Made by a program: the position numbers and the translations under genes. Below are positions 37,995 through 42,426 of a DNA stretch of 42,426 bases, one piece after another. Location of the stretch: positions 1-42,426 of IMG/VR virus record IMGVR_UViG_3300033067_001711; one strand, 5' to 3'. Under the pieces are notes generated by a model. The model saw only the letters and a list, made by a program, of their open reading frames with translations. It searched no databases and was not told where the DNA came from. The stretch comes from a virus (lineage: Duplodnaviria > Caudoviricetes). The number at the start of each line of letters is the position of its first letter. The first letter of the stretch is position 1.

Positions 37995-38481
37995 TTGACC
38001 CCCACTTTTCGCAAATTCCGTAGATTTCTCTGGGGCCCAAGATGTTAGGGTCGTCCGTTCCTATTCCTGGGATAATCTCCTCGAGCGCATACCCGACTAA
38101 AATCGAGCACACCGAACCTTCTTCGGAGCTGAAGGGATTTTTCTTAAGCCCAAAGCACCGAGCCAAGAAGATGCCTATAGCTTTTTTTACGCTATAAGGA
38201 AGACCGGAGCTTTTGATAGCCCAATCAAAGAACTTGCTTTTGGAATTCTCACTTATTTCAAAAGTAAATTCTTTGACGATACTTGCGTTTTTTTTGAAGA
38301 CTTCAAGGCCCATGAAATTAATGGAGTGTCCGCTGGCCTGGTAGATCACATCAACTCCCGAGGCTCTCGGAACACGGATATATGCGTGAGAGAAATCAAC
38401 CCGCTGCCATTTTTTAATAAGCCATGCGTAGGGCTTAAAAAATCCTTTCGGGGTTGAAAATCCTACGATTATTTTAGCCAA
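37975..38481 (-). CDS. Permuted papain-like (NlpC/P60, YiiX/YebB-type) enzyme; probable TTG start at 38481
   Basis: FSHAYI...IYQA...GLPY...VCSILV, with His before Cys (permuted order). Confidence 0.7.
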   Translation of the reverse strand: MAKIIVGFSTPKGFFKPYAWLIKKWQRVDFSHAYIRVPRASGVDVIYQASGHSINFMGLEVFKKNASIVKEFTFEISENSKSKFFDWAIKSSGLPYSVKKAIGIFLARCFGLKKNPFSSEEGSVCSILVGYALEEIIPGIGTDDPNILGPREIYGICEKWGSNGDNKI

Positions 38482-38842
38482 GAGAGCCTGCCAGTCGCCA
38501 GAGGGCATCCAGTTGATCCGAGGTCCACCCAAGAATGGAGCCAACGGCTGCAACAAGAGGCCGGTTTCTTTTAAACGCCACTGAAAATTCCCACTCGATC
38601 TGCGCGAACGATTTCTGAGGGTCGGGAAGAGAGGCTAGAGCATCTTCAATCTGGCTCATACTGATGCCAGATAAGAGAAGGGCTTGCCGAATCTGCCTCG
38701 GGGTTACGTCTGGAATTTCGACGACCGGAGGTGCTGCGTACTCGGCAAGCTTTGCCGCAATTACTTCCTCAGATGTGCCATCCTCAAAATTGAGCGTACC
38801 GATCGTTGCTCCGGAGTAGTCTAGAATGTCTCTTGTTATCAT
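38474..38842 (-). CDS. Tail fibre assembly/associated protein
   Basis: VTPRQIRQALL...IEWE...R..PLV...LG....LD.LW; directly after a fibre gene. Confidence 0.6.
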   Translation of the reverse strand: MITRDILDYSGATIGTLNFEDGTSEEVIAAKLAEYAAPPVVEIPDVTPRQIRQALLLSGISMSQIEDALASLPDPQKSFAQIEWEFSVAFKRNRPLVAAVGSILGWTSDQLDALWRLAGSLG

Positions 38843-38852
38843 CTATCACTCC

Positions 38853-40937
38853 TTAGAAACTTGCGTTACAAGCGCCGCCAGCGCCGCCAGCGCCACCCGT
38901 TGCACCTGTCGCAGCACTACCTGATGTTCCGCTAGATCCAACAATATGCTGACCCGTTAGAGTTCCGAAGTTGATCACGTCAATGTAGCCACCGTTTCCA
39001 CCAAATCCGCCATTACCACCCGCTCCGGTACCAGCTCCGTTAGATCCGTTACCACCAGTTCCTCCGGTCGCCTGTGCGATGTTCGTGACTACAGGACCAG
39101 TTTTAAGGTTATAGGCGATAAATATGTAGCCGCCGCCTCCACCCGCACCACCGCCACCGCCACCAGCGTTCCCAGCCGCGCCCGTTGCTCCGTTACCGCC
39201 CTTACCGCCAAGGCACTGAAAGATACCCGATGCGGTAGAAGCAGAAGTGATAATTTCATCGGCGTAGATGGCCATCACACCCGTGGTACCGCCACCTCCG
39301 CCGCCACCGCGACCAAGGTTTGTTCCATCACCACCACCCGAGCCACCGCCCGCGCCCGAGCAGCCTCCGAGAATTAACGCAGCTCCGCGCATAAACTGCT
39401 GCTCAAATCGACCAAACGTCACCCTGTTAGTTGGAGCAACGCCCGCACGGGCCGCACCGCCTGCGTTTGCTCCAGCGTTTCCGGCCCCGCCCGCACCGCT
39501 AGCGTTACTGGCCCCGCCGTTGGCTGGAGTTTGGGCCGTGGTCGTGGCAGCTTGCGCTCCCGCACCAACAACGCCAGTAGCTCCTGTGCCGCCCGCGACT
39601 CCGCCGCTAAGCATAGCGGCCACTACGGCAGCTCCGCCCGCGCCGCCAGCCTGCGTTGCCGTGGTAGCACCGTTGTTTCCGTTCCATTTAAATACGCCCG
39701 ATGTTGTCGCGTTCGTAAGATCCAAAACCTTGCAGTAAATCGGGTAGCCGTTCATCGTAACTGCGGCGCCCGCGGTAATCGTTAGGGTGTCATAGTACTT
39801 CGGGCCTGTGAGCGAGAGAGCGCCGTTAAGAGTAGCCGATCCATCTAGGCCATCACCAAAGTCCTGTCCTAAGTTCTCATCGGACCAAATCGGGACGCCG
39901 CCGCTCACGCGAAGGAGTTGATCGGTGATGCCGATCGGGAGCCGCGTGTTCACGTTCGATCCGTTACGGTAGAGGATATCTCCTGCCGTAGTCATAGGAT
40001 CGAGAAGGAAGGTTCCGCTAGTATCTGGGAACGAATAAGTACGATCAGCGGTAATGCCGGTGGCGTTAAAGGTTCTTACAAAACCGTTCGTGCCCTTCCA
40101 AGAAAAGCGTCCGGAAGAATCGGCAAAGAGGTTAAATCCAGAGGCAGGAGTTGCGGGCGCGGAGGACTGAGTTAGATAATTTACAAATCCAGCGCCCGCA
40201 GTTCCCGTTATCGATACGGAAGGAACGTTCAGCGCTCCCGTCATGGTATCGCCAGCGAGGTTAACCTTAAGAGCAAGCGCCGTGTTCACTGCCGTTGCCG
40301 ACGGGGCAATTACTGTGGATGCGGTAAGTGAGTTCTGAACCGCGGCCGATTGCGCTGCGGTTGTGAAGTTAGAGACATTAGATGAGGTAATAGAAATAGT
40401 TGCTGAAGACGCAGCCGTTAAGCGTCCTTGAGCATCGACGGTAAAAGTTCCAACCGAACTTGGAGATCCGTAGCTTCCCGCTGCCACGGTAGTGCTTGTA
40501 AGGTCAGCCGAGATAGTATTGCCCGCGTCGTTGTAGGTCCAAGCAATCGACGACGTATCGGTAAGAATTGAGCCTACAGCATCTTGAGCTGCCTCGGTAA
40601 AATCTGTGATGGCCGCCGATGTGTGCGTATGTACGGTATTGGCTTTTCCGGAGAGCTTTGTATCCGTGTCGTCCCGAACTTCTACGATCGCCGTTTGAAC
40701 GGTCGTAGCAGTGATATCACCATCGGGAGTAAATCCTGTGTTAGTTCCGGTGATTGTTACCGCTCCCGTAAGACCGTTAACGGAGAAAACCTTCCCCATC
40801 AAAACCCAATCGGCTACGGAAGAGTTTCCTTTGGATAGATACAAATCACCGTTGGCGGTGTTGATGTAGTGATGTCCTGCATTCGACGGAGGTGTAGCCG
40901 GAGCCACTGCGCCTTTAAAAATATGCTGTTCAGACAT
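38853..40937 (-). CDS. Glycine-rich tail fibre protein
   Basis: SVNGLTGAV, AGSYG...TVDAQGRLTAAS, GDTMTG and FGDGLDG motifs; polyglycine-rich C-terminus. Confidence 0.75.
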   Translation of the reverse strand: MSEQHIFKGAVAPATPPSNAGHHYINTANGDLYLSKGNSSVADWVLMGKVFSVNGLTGAVTITGTNTGFTPDGDITATTVQTAIVEVRDDTDTKLSGKANTVHTHTSAAITDFTEAAQDAVGSILTDTSSIAWTYNDAGNTISADLTSTTVAAGSYGSPSSVGTFTVDAQGRLTAASSATISITSSNVSNFTTAAQSAAVQNSLTASTVIAPSATAVNTALALKVNLAGDTMTGALNVPSVSITGTAGAGFVNYLTQSSAPATPASGFNLFADSSGRFSWKGTNGFVRTFNATGITADRTYSFPDTSGTFLLDPMTTAGDILYRNGSNVNTRLPIGITDQLLRVSGGVPIWSDENLGQDFGDGLDGSATLNGALSLTGPKYYDTLTITAGAAVTMNGYPIYCKVLDLTNATTSGVFKWNGNNGATTATQAGGAGGAAVVAAMLSGGVAGGTGATGVVGAGAQAATTTAQTPANGGASNASGAGGAGNAGANAGGAARAGVAPTNRVTFGRFEQQFMRGAALILGGCSGAGGGSGGGDGTNLGRGGGGGGGTTGVMAIYADEIITSASTASGIFQCLGGKGGNGATGAAGNAGGGGGGAGGGGGYIFIAYNLKTGPVVTNIAQATGGTGGNGSNGAGTGAGGNGGFGGNGGYIDVINFGTLTGQHIVGSSGTSGSAATGATGGAGGAGGACNASF

Positions 40938-41246
40938 TTATGCTCCCACCAATTCTGTACCCAAATCATCGGTCAATGTTTGGAATAAATCATCTGTCAA
41001 AATTTCTTGCCCGTTTCCATCGAACGCAGAGTCCCACGTTCCGAGGCCCTCGGCTCTTCCTTTCACGACGAGCGTTAAGCCGTAGTAAACGTATTCTCTG
41101 ACGTGGCACGGATCTCCTGTAACCGCATCGGGACGAGCGGTGTAGATCATAGAAATTCTATTCAGCCCATCTAGAGCGATGTGCTGCTTATTAATTTCCC
41201 GCAGGATCGTTAGCAGTAAGTCGGTCTTACTCCTATTTAGATTCAT
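40938..41246 (-). CDS. Virion protein, single-domain paralog of 37482..37994
   Basis: SKTDLL...KQHIALDGLNR...YTA...TGDPCHVREYVY...KG...WDS. Confidence 0.65.
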   Translation of the reverse strand: MNLNRSKTDLLLTILREINKQHIALDGLNRISMIYTARPDAVTGDPCHVREYVYYGLTLVVKGRAEGLGTWDSAFDGNGQEILTDDLFQTLTDDLGTELVGA

Positions 41247-41254
41247 GCAACCTC

Positions 41255-41288
41255 AGAGAATGGGGCGAGAGATTTCTCCCCCGCCCCA
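41255..41288 (-). terminator. Hairpin (likely leaky terminator) after the capsid gene
   Basis: TGGGGCG...CGCCCCA stem followed by a weak TTCTCT tail. Confidence 0.5.
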
Positions 41289-41300
41289 AAATTCCTAGCC

Positions 41301-42426
41301 TTAGTAGTTAGGGATTCCGTACATGATCGCGCACTTCCAAGGTGCTTTACAAACCACGTCACCGAAGAAGCAGTGATCGAGAATGTAAGCGTATCCGGAG
41401 GTGGAGCGAACTTCGAAGTACTGCTTGCCATCCGGAGCAGTCCGACGCTTAAACATGCCGTTCGAGTAGACGGTGATAACCGACCAATCGAGATACATGA
41501 TAGCGTCGTCATCGAGTTCTTGAATACCGACGAGTTTCAAAGTTTGGCCGCTAACCGAACCGATTTCGATTTGGTCGTAGCCGTACTGAGAAACTTTACG
41601 GGAGTTCGGAACGATGTTGAAGCCGCCCTTTTGAGTCTCGATCACTTTCAGCGCGCTGCCGAAGTGCTTAAGGCTCATAACAACTTCGGGAGCTGCTCCA
41701 CCCTTACCTAGGATCTGACGACGGGTGTAACCATCGAAGATCTTTTGGAGGATGTTGGTAGCCGAGACAGCCGAGCCATCGATTTGGATAGCTTGGGTGT
41801 AGGGCTGAGCAAGCTTGCTCACACCGAAGATGTTAGCCGTGCCGCCGTTAGCGAACGACAGGAGCTGGCCTTTCAGAGAAGTGAACGAAGCCGTAGCTGC
41901 GCCCGGGTGGTACACTTTAGCCGCTTGCGCTACGGTATAAGCCGAGATATCCGCAGCTGCGCCGCCGCGAGTAGCGGAGAGCGTAACGGAGCCGTTTTTG
42001 AGCGTGCCGCCGTTTACGTTGATCGCAATCACGTAGTAGGTGCCTGAAGCGGTGTTACCGTCGATGAGCGCTACTTTTTGATCGATCGAGAAACGATCTA
42101 CGCGGTCCACTTCCAGAACGCCGCCTGCAGTGCCGTCTACCGTTGCGGTAGCGAAGTGCGCACCGTTCATCATGTTAACGGAAACGACCATCTTCATGTT
42201 GGTGAGGAAGTCGTCGATCTGGCCGGGAAGAATTTTAAGGAAAGTCTTCTCAGGGATCTTGCCGTCGTGTTCCATCAGGTCGCGGTGTTCAAAGCGCATC
42301 GTGCCCCATGCTTCGGGCTGCGTGCTGATTTGACCACGGACGTACTTGTATTTGGAGATATCGGTATCAGCAGCCAATTGGCCGAATTCTACCGAGCTAG
42401 CGTTTTGACCTTCGAACGGAACGAGC
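41301..42426 (-). CDS. Major capsid protein, 3' part (full gene 134..1 plus 42426..41301, 419 aa)
   Basis: Open frame runs to the window end and continues from position 1. Follows the scaffold gene; the C-terminus FFGDVVCKAPWKCAIM resembles HK97-fold capsid ends. Confidence 0.8.
   Translation of the reverse strand, partial: LVPFEGQNASSVEFGQLAADTDISKYKYVRGQISTQPEAWGTMRFEHRDLMEHDGKIPEKTFLKILPGQIDDFLTNMKMVVSVNMMNGAHFATATVDGTAGGVLEVDRVDRFSIDQKVALIDGNTASGTYYVIAINVNGGTLKNGSVTLSATRGGAAADISAYTVAQAAKVYHPGAATASFTSLKGQLLSFANGGTANIFGVSKLAQPYTQAIQIDGSAVSATNILQKIFDGYTRRQILGKGGAAPEVVMSLKHFGSALKVIETQKGGFNIVPNSRKVSQYGYDQIEIGSVSGQTLKLVGIQELDDDAIMYLDWSVITVYSNGMFKRRTAPDGKQYFEVRSTSGYAYILDHCFFGDVVCKAPWKCAIMYGIPNY

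Noticed and set aside
34690-40838. Antisense ORFs opposite the fibre genes (for example 34690..35304 and 39268..39738)
   Set aside because: Expected shadows of Gly/Ala/Thr-rich coding sequence.
1-42426. tRNA genes, integrase, RNA polymerase or alternative genetic code
   Set aside because: None recognised by eye, and genes tile densely under the standard code; tRNA and ncRNA scans were not run.

Overview
The window looks like a complete, circularly permuted 42.4-kb tailed phage genome, probably podovirus-like and lytic (no integrase recognised). The major capsid gene starts at 134 (minus strand) and continues in frame across the 1/42426 junction. Modules: packaging and head (candidate TerS, TerL, portal, scaffold, capsid); tail fibres, lysis cassette, nozzle/adaptor and ejection proteins (minus strand, 24-42 kb); a leftward cluster of small accessory genes (6.9-11.6 kb); a rightward early cluster behind a sigma54-like promoter (12.1-14.5 kb); an iteron-rich putative origin beside a TOPRIM/SF3 primase-helicase; and a replication operon (SNF2 helicase, SSB-like protein, RHH regulator, PolA, VRR-NUC). 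The standout feature is a 272-aa intein in TerL, inserted just before the Walker B acidic residues. Its homing-endonuclease slot carries a separate HNH/zinc-finger gene in a different reading frame of the same strand, while the intein frame stays open. All calls come from reading motifs by eye; no database searches were run.
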